Of a stretch of DNA of 64,000 nucleotides, positions 1-11,433 are shown piece by piece; the first letter of the stretch is position 1; every line of letters begins with the position of its first letter. The stretch covers positions 512,001 to 576,000 of the forward strand of contig CAVZVA010000011.1 of NCBI GenBank assembly GCA_963778655.1. Reading direction: 5' to 3'. The stretch comes from an uncultured delta proteobacterium (GTDB lineage: Bacteria > Myxococcota_A > Polyangia > Polyangiales > JAFGIB01). The notes under the pieces are model-generated. The model did no database searches, was not told the DNA's origin, and was given only the letters and a program-made list of their open reading frames with translations. Both the position numbers and the translations under genes were made by a program.

Positions 1-358
1 ACACGCCCGCGCGCTCGGGGTCCATGGCGTCGCCCTGCACGAAGCGCACGCCGCGCAGCTCGGGCTTGCGGCGCGCTTGGGCCAGCATCCCGGCCGACGC
101 GTCGAGCCCGATCAGCTGGGCGCCCGGGTAGATCTGCGCCAGCGCCTGGGTCGAAAGGCCGGTGCCGCAGCACAGATCGAGGATGCGGCCGCTCCCCGGT
201 GCGCTCAGCCGGCGCGCGCTCCAGCGCAGGTGCTTGCGGTAGCCGGGGTTCAAGCGCTGCAGCAGGTCGTAGCGCCGCGCGACCACGTCGAAGCGCTCGG
301 GCACTGCGTGCTTGGGCAGCGCCGTGACGGCGGGCATCGCACGTGGGTTGCTGGGCAT
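1..358 (-). CDS. Class I SAM-dependent methyltransferase, CrtT/UbiE-like (runs off window edge)
   Basis: Manual translation [51 protein letters not shown]...[10 protein letters not shown]...[14 protein letters not shown] motif I present; AGGAG RBS upstream; last visible gene of the crt operon. Confidence 0.85.
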   Translation of the reverse strand, partial: MPSNPRAMPAVTALPKHAVPERFDVVARRYDLLQRLNPGYRKHLRWSARRLSAPGSGRILDLCCGTGLSTQALAQIYPGAQLIGLDASAGMLAQARRKPELRGVRFVQGDAMDPERAGV

Positions 359-390
359 GAGCTGGCTCCTGAGTTCAGATGTGCCTTCGA

Positions 391-858
391 TCAGTCGCGC
401 ATCCGGATCCGAATCTTCAACCTCTGGCCGGGCCGCAGCGTGAGCCGCGCGTCCTCGAAGCTCGGCGGGCCGAACGTACCCTTGGCATCGCGCGAGGCGC
501 CGTAGCCTTCGGTCGGGATGCCGAGAAAGCCGGTGTTCATCTCGAAGTCCATGTTCTCGTCGTGCAGCACGGCGACCGCGATCGGCCCGGCCGGCAGCCG
601 ATCGAACACCGCCGTGACCTGGCGCGCGCGGATCGCGAACGCTTGCTTGCGAAACGCGTGGCGGCTGTCGTCCGGAAAGCCGCGCGCGCCGCGAAACAGC
701 GCCACCAGTGCCTGACCGCGGTCGTTGCGAAAGCCCGTGATCGCGAGCTCGAGCCGGGCGCTCGCGACTCGGGCCGCGGCCTGGGTGCCCGACGCGCTCG
801 CGGGCCCGACACCCGCGATCAACGCCGCGGCTGCGGCCCAGGTTGCCAACGTGCTCAT
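391..858 (-). CDS. DUF2141 family secreted protein
   Basis: Signal peptide; motifs [34 protein letters not shown] overlap with crtB stop. Confidence 0.8.
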   Translation of the reverse strand: MSTLATWAAAAALIAGVGPASASGTQAAARVASARLELAITGFRNDRGQALVALFRGARGFPDDSRHAFRKQAFAIRARQVTAVFDRLPAGPIAVAVLHDENMDFEMNTGFLGIPTEGYGASRDAKGTFGPPSFEDARLTLRPGQRLKIRIRMRD

Positions 859-1831
859 GGCCGTGCTCCTTCCAGCTTGAAAGCCTCGTGCTCGCTGCCC
901 TGCGGGAGCTCGGGCCGTGGCGGCGTCAGGCGCCGCGCCGCGAGCGGCAGCCGCCACAGCGTCTCGAGCCCGGCGCGCAGCAGCAGCACGAGCTTCGCGC
1001 GCCGCGACACGACCACGCGCCCCGCGCGCGGATCGCAGCCGCGTCTGCGCAGGACGTGGCCGATGCGCGAATAGATCAGGCGCGCCGCGCGCACGGCCAG
1101 CGCGCAGCGCGGCGACAGGTAGCCGAGCCCGGCGTCGCCCGAGAGGTAGTAGCCGTCCGCCAGCGCGAGCAGGCGCTCGACGGCGCGGGCGTAGCGGGCG
1201 TCCGCGGCCGCCTCGAACGGCCGTCCGCCCGCCGCGAGCCCGGCTTCGGCGCATTCGGCCCGCAGCAGCTCCGCCGGCAAGTACAGCCGCCCGCGTTCCC
1301 AATCCTCGCGCACGTCGCGGCAAATGTTGGTGAGCTGCATGGCGATGCCGAGATGCGCAGCGTGCCGCAGCGCGCGCCGGTCACGCACCCCCATCACGTG
1401 GCACATCATCAACCCCACCGTGCCGGCGACGCAGTAACAATAGCGCAGCAGCTCGGCCGTGCTCGCATAGCGCAGGCCGTCGACGTCCATGGCGACATCC
1501 AGCGCCATACCCTCGAGCAGCGCCTGGAAATAGGCGCGCGGGATGCCGCGCGCGCGCACCACGCGCTGAACCGCACGCGACAGCGGATCGCTCGGCTCGG
1601 AGCCTGCGTAGATCGCGTCGAGCTCCAGGCGCAGCACGGCCAGCCGCGCGCGCTGCTCGCCGCGTGGCGCGAGATCGATCGCGTCATCGGCCCGGCGGCA
1701 GTACGCGTACAACACCGTCGCCTCGTCGCGCGCCGCCGGCGGAAGCAGCGCCGACGCCAGCGCGAAGCTGCGCGAGTGCCGCGAGATGCTCTCGCGGGCC
1801 AGGCCGCGTGCCGCCTGCTCGACCGGCGTGC

Positions 1832-1835
<4 letters not shown>
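855..1835 (-). CDS. crtB: Phytoene synthase
   Basis: [62 protein letters not shown] coupling to crtI. Confidence 0.95.
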
Positions 1836-3332
<1,497 letters not shown>

Positions 3333-3346
<14 letters not shown>

Positions 3347-4382
3347 AGCTCTGCTCCAAGCGCAGGAGCTGCCTGCGCAGCGGCTCCACCCAGGCGTCGT
3401 TGCCGGTCGCTGCGCGCAGCGCGTCGAGCGCGCCTTCGAGCTGACGCCGCACGCGACGCCGACCGGTCACGCCCACCCGAAAACGCATCTCTTCCAGCAG
3501 TGAATCGGACGCGCCGCCGGCCATCACCTCGCGCAGCGCATCGATCCGAGGCTCGTAGCTCGCCGGATCGAGGTCCTGCGCCATCCACGCCCACGGCCAG
3601 GTGGCCTTGCCGTGTGCCAGGTCTTCCTCGGCCTTGGCGCGCAGCGCGGGATTCACCACGCCGCTCAGGTCGTCGAGCATCTGCAGGCCAACCCCGACCT
3701 CGCGCCCGAACACCGCCAGCGCCTCGCAGATCGCGGGCTCTGCCTGCGCGGCGATCGCACCGAGCGCCGTGGCCAGCCCGAGCAGGCCCCCGCTCTTGCA
3801 GCCGGCGATGGCGCGCGCGACCGGCTCGACCTCGTCCTGAGCCAGCTCCGGCACGCGCAGGGCCAAATCGAGCGCCTGCCCTTCGTGGCAACGCAGCAGC
3901 GACACGCTCATCTGCTCGTAGGCGCGCAGCCGCACCGCATCGGGCAAGCGCATGCGAGCGAGCAGCGCGGCGGGCCAGAAGTACAGCCAGTTGCCGGCGT
4001 TGAGCGCGAGCGGCGTCCCGTAGAGCCGGTGCAGCGCGGGCGCACCGCGCCGCAGCTCGGACCCGTCCTCGATATCGTCGATGATGAGCGAGCCGGCGTG
4101 CAGGCTCTCGATCAGGAGCGGCAGCTCGGGTGGAACGGCGCCCGGCGCGCCGCCCGCGAGCTCCCAGCACAACGCCACCAGCCGCGCGCGAAATTGCTTG
4201 CCCGGTCGCGACAAGAGCTCGCGCAGCGGCCCGCGCAGGGCGCGCTCCCAGAGCCCGTCGGGCAGCGTGGGTCCGACCGTGGCGCGCGCCGCGCCGGCTG
4301 CGGGCGCGTCGCCGAAAGACGTCTGCTCGAGCAGCGCGACCAGCGCCGTGCCGCTCCGGCTCGTGGCCTGCGCGCGGTTCAT
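3333..4382 (-). CDS. crtE: Polyprenyl (geranylgeranyl) diphosphate synthase
   Basis: PGKQFR, SLIIDDIEDGSELRRG (FARM), GQALDL, LQMLDD; inside crt operon; ATG at 4382 overlaps the crtY C-terminal stop. Confidence 0.88.
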
Positions 4383-5556
4383 GTCGCCCTCTGCAAGGTG
4401 GCGGCCGCGAGCGCGGCGCGAAGAGAGATTCCCCTGGGCGGGCGGCCCAGGACGATCCGGGCGCGATCGACGCGCGTCGTGGCGAGCGCGTAGAAGCGCT
4501 CGATCAGGGGCTCGGGCAGCCGATAGAAGCGCGAAAAGACGTGCCAGCGCTGCTGGGGCGCAAAGCAGTTGAACAGCAGCCAATTGAGACGCTGCGCGAA
4601 GCGGGCCTGCTCGCGGTGCACCTGGAACAAACGGCTCAGCTCCGCATCGAAGACCTCCCCCCGACGCGCGCGGCCACGTGGCAGGCGAGCCTGAGCGCGG
4701 CCGGAAAGGAGTAGCCCGTGGCCGGATGAAACCAGCCTCCGCGGTAGCCCCCGAGCAACGGTGATGCGCTCGGCGCGCTGAGCTCGCCGCGCCAGGGCAT
4801 CGGCAGAACGCCGAGCTCTTCGCGCACGATCTCCGCGATCCGCCCCAGACGCGAAGCGTAGGCGAGCACCTCTCGGACGAGCGTCGCCCGATCGAGCTCG
4901 GGGCTGAGCGAGAAGCGCGTGTCCTCGACCAACACCCGGCGCGGGCCCAGCGGCAACAGGTAGAAGAAGCGAAAGCCCTCGTGTTGGGGCACGCGGGCAT
5001 CCATGACCACGGGCTGCGCGAGGCGGTGCGGCTGCTGCAGCTCGAGCTCGAGGCCGAGGAACTTCTGGTAGCCGGCATGCCCGCCGAATGCCGCGACCTC
5101 GGGCCCTCGAGCATCCACCACCAGCGAGCCGCGCAGCACGCTGCCGTCGTCGAGCACGACCTCGTGCCCGCCCACCTGCTGCGCCCGCCTGCCGAGCAGC
5201 ACGCGCGATCCAGGCCGTTGCGCGAGCGCGGCCAGCACGTGCGCCGCCACGCGCTCGGAGCTCACTGTGGCATAGGCGCCTTGCAGCGCGCGCGTGTAGC
5301 CCGGGAAGCGCACTTCATGTCCGGGCCAGCGCTGCACGATCAGCGGCTCCACGAACGCGCGCGCCGCCTCGGGGATGCTGCCGGCGTGCAGGCTCCAGGT
5401 ATGGTTGCCGCCCGGGCGCGCGGCCTGCTCGACCAGCGCCACCCGCGGCTTGTGCGACGCCGCACAGGTCGCGAGCGCGATCAACGCGTTCTGTAACCCG
5501 CCCCCCACCAACACCAAGTCGAAGACACGTTCGCGGGCTGCCGGGGTCGAGGTCAT
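4379..5556 (-). pseudogene. crtY: Lycopene beta-cyclase split by a 1-bp frameshift in a G6 run (real or sequencing artefact)
   Basis: N-part 4636..5556 (LVGGGLQN, GGNHTWS, GYQKFLG, VMDARVPQ, FHPATGYS); C-part 4379..~4655 (RWHVFSRFYRLPEPLIERFYA); one extra G at 4657-4662 joins them. Confidence 0.85.
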
Positions 5557-6156
5557 AGCGGGTAGCTCGTTGGATCTAGTGCGCCGCCTGGCACGGCGTT
5601 ACGCGCAGGAGCTGACATTGGCGCCGGCCGGCCGCTGTCAAGGGCGCCTCGAACGGCCGGGACGATCTCTGCGCGCACGCTGGGTTGCGGCAACGCACCT
5701 CCCTTTCGTCATATCCAATGGGTGGTGCGCACAATCACGATCACCGTCGTCGTGCTCACCGCCACGGGTGCACGTCCCGGCAAGGCGCGCAATCCGGGTC
5801 TGGTTCTCGCTCTGAATCACCGCGCGACCCCGCGCCGCCCGGCGCGGTCGCGCCGGGCGGCGCCTCGCCCCCGGGCAGCCCCCCGTGGCACCCGATCCCG
5901 CGCAGCTGTCGCCGGGTGCGCTCAGCGCCACGCCGGAGCAGCTGGCCGAGCAGCAGCGTGTGCGGGAACAGGTCGCTCGCAACCGCGGCCAGGCTCTCCT
6001 CGCCAGCATGAAGCAGGCGCTTGAAGCCATCTCCGGAATGGCCGAGTAGCCTCCATCAGGACATGGCTCCTCGCAGGCGCCTTCCTGGGGTTCTCTGGTG
6101 CCAGGGCGGCTGTGTATTTCTGGACGGAAGCCAAGCAGCCGGTGGCTCGCCGCCGC

Positions 6157-8880
6157 TCACTTCTGCGCGGCGAAGAAGGCCTGCACGCCGGCGCGCTGGG
6201 TTTGCACCTCCGCGGCACACAGCCGCAGCTCCTCGGTGGCGCCTGCCAAGCTGCGCGGTCCGCCGGTGAGCGAGGCGATACGCGGCGCGAAGAAGCGCTC
6301 CAGCTCGTCGGCCGCCTCCGCGCTGCAGAAAGGCCAGGCCAGCCACGGCAGCCAGCCGGCGTCCTGCTTCGACACGCGCTCGACCAGCGCGTCGAAGTGC
6401 TGCTCGAAGTAACGCCAGGCCGCCTCCCGGGTGCGTGCATCCGCGAGCTGGCCGCGCAGCGGCGAGAACACCTCGTTCACGCGCAGCGCCGGATCGAGCG
6501 AGAGCGCCAGCGCGCGCCCGCTGCGCGCGTCGGTCACCGAGGACAGCGCGGTGAGCAGGATGCCGCGCTCGCTCAGGTCCTGAGTCTCGCGCGTGCGCCG
6601 CCATGCCGCATCGAACAGCGCCTGATCGCCGTCCTGCAGCGCCACTTGCGCGGCCGCGCCGCGCAGGTCCGCGGGCAAGCGGTCCGCGCCCGCGCCCCTG
6701 GCCTCTCCCTCGCCCGCCGCGATCCACGCCCGGCCCAGCGCGGCGAGCTTCGCCCGCACCGCGGGATCGCGCACCATGTCGCCCAGAAACCCGATCACCT
6801 GGGCGCGCAGCAGCCTGGTCTCGCCGTCCTCGCCCGCGCGCTCCTGCCAGCCGAGCTGGCGCAGCCCCGGCGCGTACAGCGCGCGAGCGAAGCGCGCGAG
6901 CCAGGGCTGCTGCGCGGGCTCGAGCAGGTAGTCGCGCGCGAAGCGCAGCAGCCCCATCGGCGCCGTAGCCACGCTGCGGTCGGCGTCCGCGGCGAGCTGC
7001 GGCATGGTCGCGAGCACGCTCTGCGCCGAGAGCGCGCCGCTCTCGAAGCCGGCCTGCAGGCTGTCCGCGAGGGCCAGCTTCTCGCGCACCGAGAGCTTGG
7101 CGAAGCCAGCCTTCTGCAGCTTGGCGAGGTCCGCATCGGCGAGCGCGAAGCGGTAGTAGCCGGCACCGCCGGCGTTCGGCATCACCCAGTCCGGACAGCC
7201 GCCCTCCAGCGAAAGCTCGCCCTCGGCCTGCTGCAGCAAGGTGCAGCTCTCGTGCGCCTGGCCGTGGACCTCGTAGCGCGCGCACAGCGGCACCTGCCAC
7301 AGTTGCTCGCGCTTGCCCCGGGAGCCCGCGGGCAAATAGCGCGACTGGCGCACGTGCAGCGCCGCGCCACGCGCGTCGCAACGCACCTCGGCCGTGAGCA
7401 GCGGCACGCCCACCTGGTCGAGAAAGCTGCCCATCGGAGCGGCCACGTCCTTACCCGCCTGCTGCCCGAGCGCGGCCAGCAGATCGGCCGCGTTCGCGTT
7501 GCCGTCGGCGTGCGCGCGCAGGTAGGCCTGCACGCCCTTGCGAAAGGTCTCGGCGCCGAGGTAGCGCTCGAACATCGCGATCACGCCCGCGCCCTTCTGG
7601 TAGGTGATGCCGTCGAAGGCGTTGACGATATCGTGGGTGCTCTCGATCGGCTGGCGGATCTTGCGCGCGCTCACGCGGCTGTCTTCGTCCATCACGCGCA
7701 GCACGGCGCTCAGCAAATCGCTGTCGGCGTGGTAGTCGGGATCGACCGCGGCCACCACCTTGGTCGCCATGAAGGTGGCGAACGCCTCGTTCAGCCAGAT
7801 ATCGTCCCACCACGGCATGGTCACCAGATCGCCGGTCCAGTGGTGAGCCATCTCGTGGGCCACGACGTTGGCGTAGCGGCGGACCTGGCCCTCGCTCGCG
7901 CTGTCCTCGCTGAAGCTCAAGATCGAGTCGCGAAAGGTGATCGCGCCGGCGTTCTCCATCGCGCCGGCCGCGAAATCGGGCACCGCGATCAGGTCGAGCT
8001 TGGGGTAGGGGTAGGCGATGCCGAAATAGTGCTCGAGCTCGATCAGCAGGGGCCCTGCGTGCGCCAGCGCGTACCCGAGCTGCTTGCCCCTGCCGGCGAT
8101 CGCCACCCCGCGCAGGGGCAGCGGCTGGGCGCGCTCGGGGCTCGGCGGGATCGGCGCGGCCGTGACCACGTCGAGCGGACCGACGATCAACGCGATCAGA
8201 TAGGTGGGCAGCGGCCGCGTTATGGCGAAGCGCACGCGCTTCTCGCCTTGCGCCACCGGCTCGCTCGAGACCTCGGGCGCATTGCTGACCGCCACGTCGG
8301 TCGCGGACACGGTGAGGGTCACGTCGAACGGCGTCTTGAACGCCGGCTCGTCGAAACATGGAAAGGCCTGCCGTGCGCTGACCGGCTCGAACTGCGTGAA
8401 GGCGTAGTCCTTGCCCTGCGCGCGCACCTTGTACAGCCCCGAAAGCTGGCGGTCGAAGGGGGCGTCGTAGCTGAAGTCGAGCACCGCCGGGCCCGCAGGC
8501 AGGCTGTGCTCGAGCTCGAGCCGCGCCACGCCCTCGTCGTCGACCTGCTGCAGGCGCCCGGCCACCACGGTACCCGCGGCCTCGGCCTGCGCGCGGCTCA
8601 CGTGCAGGCCCTTGGCGTGCAACCACACCCGCGCGGTCGGCTGTGCCAGCTCGACCTCGATGCGCACATGCCCCGAGAAGCGCTCGCGGCTCGGCACGAT
8701 CTCGAGCGCCAGGTGATAGGCGAGCGGGCGCACTTCGCGCGGCAGCTTGCCGGTCGGCACGGCCCGCGAGGCGACCGCGGGCGCGGGCGCGCCCGGACGC
8801 GGCGGGCGCGGCGCGGATGCGCAGCCGCACAGCAGCGCGAGCAGCCAAACCCTCGCCGCTCGTGATCGTGGTCCGTTCAT
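6157..8880 (-). CDS. M1 family aminopeptidase with ERAP1-like C-terminal domain, probable lipoprotein
   Basis: GAMEN, HEMAH-x18-E (WLNEAFA), FDGITYQKG; lipobox LCGC after start MNGPRSR. Confidence 0.93.
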   Translation of the reverse strand: MNGPRSRAARVWLLALLCGCASAPRPPRPGAPAPAVASRAVPTGKLPREVRPLAYHLALEIVPSRERFSGHVRIEVELAQPTARVWLHAKGLHVSRAQAEAAGTVVAGRLQQVDDEGVARLELEHSLPAGPAVLDFSYDAPFDRQLSGLYKVRAQGKDYAFTQFEPVSARQAFPCFDEPAFKTPFDVTLTVSATDVAVSNAPEVSSEPVAQGEKRVRFAITRPLPTYLIALIVGPLDVVTAAPIPPSPERAQPLPLRGVAIAGRGKQLGYALAHAGPLLIELEHYFGIAYPYPKLDLIAVPDFAAGAMENAGAITFRDSILSFSEDSASEGQVRRYANVVAHEMAHHWTGDLVTMPWWDDIWLNEAFATFMATKVVAAVDPDYHADSDLLSAVLRVMDEDSRVSARKIRQPIESTHDIVNAFDGITYQKGAGVIAMFERYLGAETFRKGVQAYLRAHADGNANAADLLAALGQQAGKDVAAPMGSFLDQVGVPLLTAEVRCDARGAALHVRQSRYLPAGSRGKREQLWQVPLCARYEVHGQAHESCTLLQQAEGELSLEGGCPDWVMPNAGGAGYYRFALADADLAKLQKAGFAKLSVREKLALADSLQAGFESGALSAQSVLATMPQLAADADRSVATAPMGLLRFARDYLLEPAQQPWLARFARALYAPGLRQLGWQERAGEDGETRLLRAQVIGFLGDMVRDPAVRAKLAALGRAWIAAGEGEARGAGADRLPADLRGAAAQVALQDGDQALFDAAWRRTRETQDLSERGILLTALSSVTDARSGRALALSLDPALRVNEVFSPLRGQLADARTREAAWRYFEQHFDALVERVSKQDAGWLPWLAWPFCSAEAADELERFFAPRIASLTGGPRSLAGATEELRLCAAEVQTQRAGVQAFFAAQK

Positions 8881-9004
8881 CGGCTGCACTCGATGCTCCT
8901 CGCGAAACGCCGCGCCGCGCGCGGCAGGCAAGCATGCCAGCCCGCGCCCGCCGGCGCGAGCAGCCCCGTTCGCAGGCGCGCGTCCCGATCAGAAGGGCTG
9001 GGCA

Positions 9005-10159
9005 TTACAACCGGATCGCCAGCTCCGTGCCGAGATCGAGCGAGAACAGCGAGCCCTCGGGGGTGAGCCAGAAAGCCGGGGCCAGCAGATCGAGCACCAG
9101 CTCCAGCCGCGAGCCGAGCCCGACCGCCAGCCCCGAGCTCAGGCGCAAGAAGCCGCCGTTGCGCGCCAGGTAGCCGAGGTCGAAGCGCAGCGGGATCTGC
9201 AGCGCGCCGCCCGCAAGCGCGATGCGCTGCTCGAGCTGCGCGTACCCGAGCACGCTGTGCACGCGGCCGTGACGCGCCGCGAGGTCGGCGTAACCGAGGT
9301 GCGCACCGAGCCAGGTGGCCTCGCCCAGCCCGTAGTCGACGCGCGCGCCCACCACGTCGTTGAAGAACGCGGGCCGCCCGGTGCCGAACGCGGCGTCGTT
9401 ATGCAGCGCGAGCCGAAAGCGCGGCGGCGCGCGCGGCGCAGGCGCGGAGCGCGCGAAGAAGCGCTGCGTCGCGCCGGGGGCGCTGCGCGCGGCGGGCGCG
9501 GCGGGCCCGGGCGCGACAGGCGCGGTGCCGGGCTCGGGCTCGCCGGCTTGCAGGCCGGAAGCCGCAGACTGCGCTGGCGCTGGTGCCGGGGCTGGTGTCG
9601 GTGCCACCGCAGCCGCTGGCACGAGCGCCTGCACCAGCAGCGCGGCCGCGCGGCTCTCCAGCCCGGCGTTGTCGGCGTCGCCCTGCGCATAGGCCGGCCC
9701 GCCGTCACGACTGGCCACCCGCACCTGCACCACGTAGCGCCCCGCGCTGGCCCAGGCGACCGCGAACACCGCGTGCGCCGCTTGCAGCCGATACGCGCAA
9801 CGCCACAGGTCCGGCATGCCGGGCGGGTACGCGGCACCCATCTGCTGCAGCGCGCGGCGCCCCTCGCCCGGCGCCAGCACGCGGTAGCCGAGCGCCTGCG
9901 CCGAGCGCCGCAGCGCCCGGTCGACGAAGCGGCCGACCACGGGGTCGACGCCCACGCCCTGGGTCTCGACCAGCACCAGCGCCGGCGCTTCGGCCTGCGG
10001 CGTGGGCCCTGGCGCCGCCTGCGCCCTCGCGCCGGGCACGCGCAGGGCGCATGCGGCGAGCACGAGCCCGAACAGCATCGGCGAGATTGTTGCGGGCGCG
10101 AGCGAGCGGGCGGCGCGGCGCACGCGCGCAGCATAGTGCGCCCGGCGCGCCCCGCTCAA
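9005..10159 (-). CDS. Hypothetical secreted protein with Pro/Ala linker and possible C-terminal beta-barrel (start uncertain)
   Basis: Signal-like LVLAACALRVPGARA; alternating hydrophobic strands ending DLGTELAIRL; GC3-rich codons. Confidence 0.6.
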   Translation of the reverse strand: MSGARRAHYAARVRRAARSLAPATISPMLFGLVLAACALRVPGARAQAAPGPTPQAEAPALVLVETQGVGVDPVVGRFVDRALRRSAQALGYRVLAPGEGRRALQQMGAAYPPGMPDLWRCAYRLQAAHAVFAVAWASAGRYVVQVRVASRDGGPAYAQGDADNAGLESRAAALLVQALVPAAAVAPTPAPAPAPAQSAASGLQAGEPEPGTAPVAPGPAAPAARSAPGATQRFFARSAPAPRAPPRFRLALHNDAAFGTGRPAFFNDVVGARVDYGLGEATWLGAHLGYADLAARHGRVHSVLGYAQLEQRIALAGGALQIPLRFDLGYLARNGGFLRLSSGLAVGLGSRLELVLDLLAPAFWLTPEGSLFSLDLGTELAIRL

Positions 10160-10172
10160 CGCCTGCGCGAGC

Positions 10173-10655
10173 CTACTGCGCCGCGGCGGCCGCGGCGGGC
10201 TGAGGCGTGGGCCCGGCGGCGAACGTGCGCACGTAGCGCACGAGCACCTCGATTCCCTCCGGCCTCACGCGCTTGCCGAATGGCGGCATCATGTTCTTGC
10301 CGTCGCGGATCACCTGCGCCAGCTGCGTGTCGGTCCGGCTCTGCTGCCAGGCGACCTGGGTGAAGTCGGGCAGCTGGGCGCCCGGCGGCCGCTCCTCGCC
10401 GTCGCCGCGGCCCTCGCGACCGTGACAGCCGGCGCAGGTCACGGCCCACAGCGCGCGCGCGGCGCGCATGCTGGAGTCGCCCGCGTTCGCCTGCTCCTGC
10501 GAGTCATCGACTTCAGCCGGCGCACGATCCGACGGCGCCATCTGCGGTTGACCGTGGTCGGCCGGCGTCCACTCCCGCGTGGGCGCAGGATGTCCACACG
10601 CAGAAAGCAGCCACCCGAGCGCCAGGCTTGCGGGGAGGGTTTGGCGAAGGCTCAT
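10173..10655 (-). CDS. Monoheme cytochrome c lipoprotein
   Basis: Lipobox LSAC, heme motif CAGCH, distal Met in GKNMMPPF. Confidence 0.88.
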   Translation of the reverse strand: MSLRQTLPASLALGWLLSACGHPAPTREWTPADHGQPQMAPSDRAPAEVDDSQEQANAGDSSMRAARALWAVTCAGCHGREGRGDGEERPPGAQLPDFTQVAWQQSRTDTQLAQVIRDGKNMMPPFGKRVRPEGIEVLVRYVRTFAAGPTPQPAAAAAAQ

Positions 10656-10885
10656 CACGGAAAGCGACGCAGCCGCGGCATAGACGCGCGACCGCGCTTT
10701 GACAAGTCCTGTGGAGCACGGGCTATTCCCGCGCCCGGCCCGCTCCGGCCGCCGCGGGGCGGGTGATTCTCCGCATATTTTCCACACATTCCTCTTTTAT
10801 CGATTGCTTTCAGGGGGCGTTCCTGCATGCTGGCTGAACGGCCGTGCTCTGGTGCGACCGCTCGGAACGAGGTGGGGGTGCGAAC

Positions 10886-11293
10886 GTGACAGCCGGCGAC
10901 GAGCTCAAGCAAGCCCTGTCCGGGCTTGTTGAGGGCCCAGGGCGCGCAGTGCTGATCGTCGAGCCCTCGCCGGACAACCAGGCGCGGCTGGCCCGCCTGG
11001 TCGCGGTGCACGGGCACCGCGCGATCGGCACCAGCGGCCTGGACGGCGCGCGCGCCCTACTGCGCGCGTTCCCGGTCGACCTGGTGCTGCTCGCCGACGA
11101 GGTGGCCGGAGGCTCGCCGCTGCCGGTGGTGGCGGAGATGGTCGGCAGCCGTCCCCACGCCCGCATCGTGATCATGCGGCGCCCGAGCGACACCCCAGAC
11201 GGTGCACACCAGGACGACGCCAGCGGCGGAGCGCTCGAGTACGTGCCGCGCTCCTTCGGCCGCGACGTCCTGCAGACTCTGCTCGAGGGCTGA
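10886..11293 (+). CDS. Single-domain (pseudo-)receiver protein
   Basis: AVLIVEPS...PVDLVLLA...ARIVIM receiver pattern; phospho-acceptor Asp position is Ala; GTG start after GAGGTGG. Confidence 0.65.
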   Translation: MTAGDELKQALSGLVEGPGRAVLIVEPSPDNQARLARLVAVHGHRAIGTSGLDGARALLRAFPVDLVLLADEVAGGSPLPVVAEMVGSRPHARIVIMRRPSDTPDGAHQDDASGGALEYVPRSFGRDVLQTLLEG

Positions 11294-11433
11294 GCGCGAT
11301 CGCGTTCGCCGGGCCGCGCGCGCTCCACGTTGCCGGCAGCGGCAAGATCGCCCAATATCGTACCCCTTGCCGCCAACTCCGCGCGCCGGCGAGCGCCCCG
11401 CGCGCTTTCCGCCGATCGCCCTCGAGCCTCGCG

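Noticed and set aside
5589..5607. TGGCACG upstream of crtY as a sigma54 site
   Set aside because: The -12 element is not TTGC at the correct spacing, and it points away from crtY
6112..8865. Long antisense ORFs (also 15976-18582, 51029-53191 and many others)
   Set aside because: Expected stop-free shadows of high-GC genes; Arg/Ala-rich with no motifs
10699..10730. TTGACA as a promoter for the pseudo-receiver
   Set aside because: No convincing -10 hexamer at 16-18 bp
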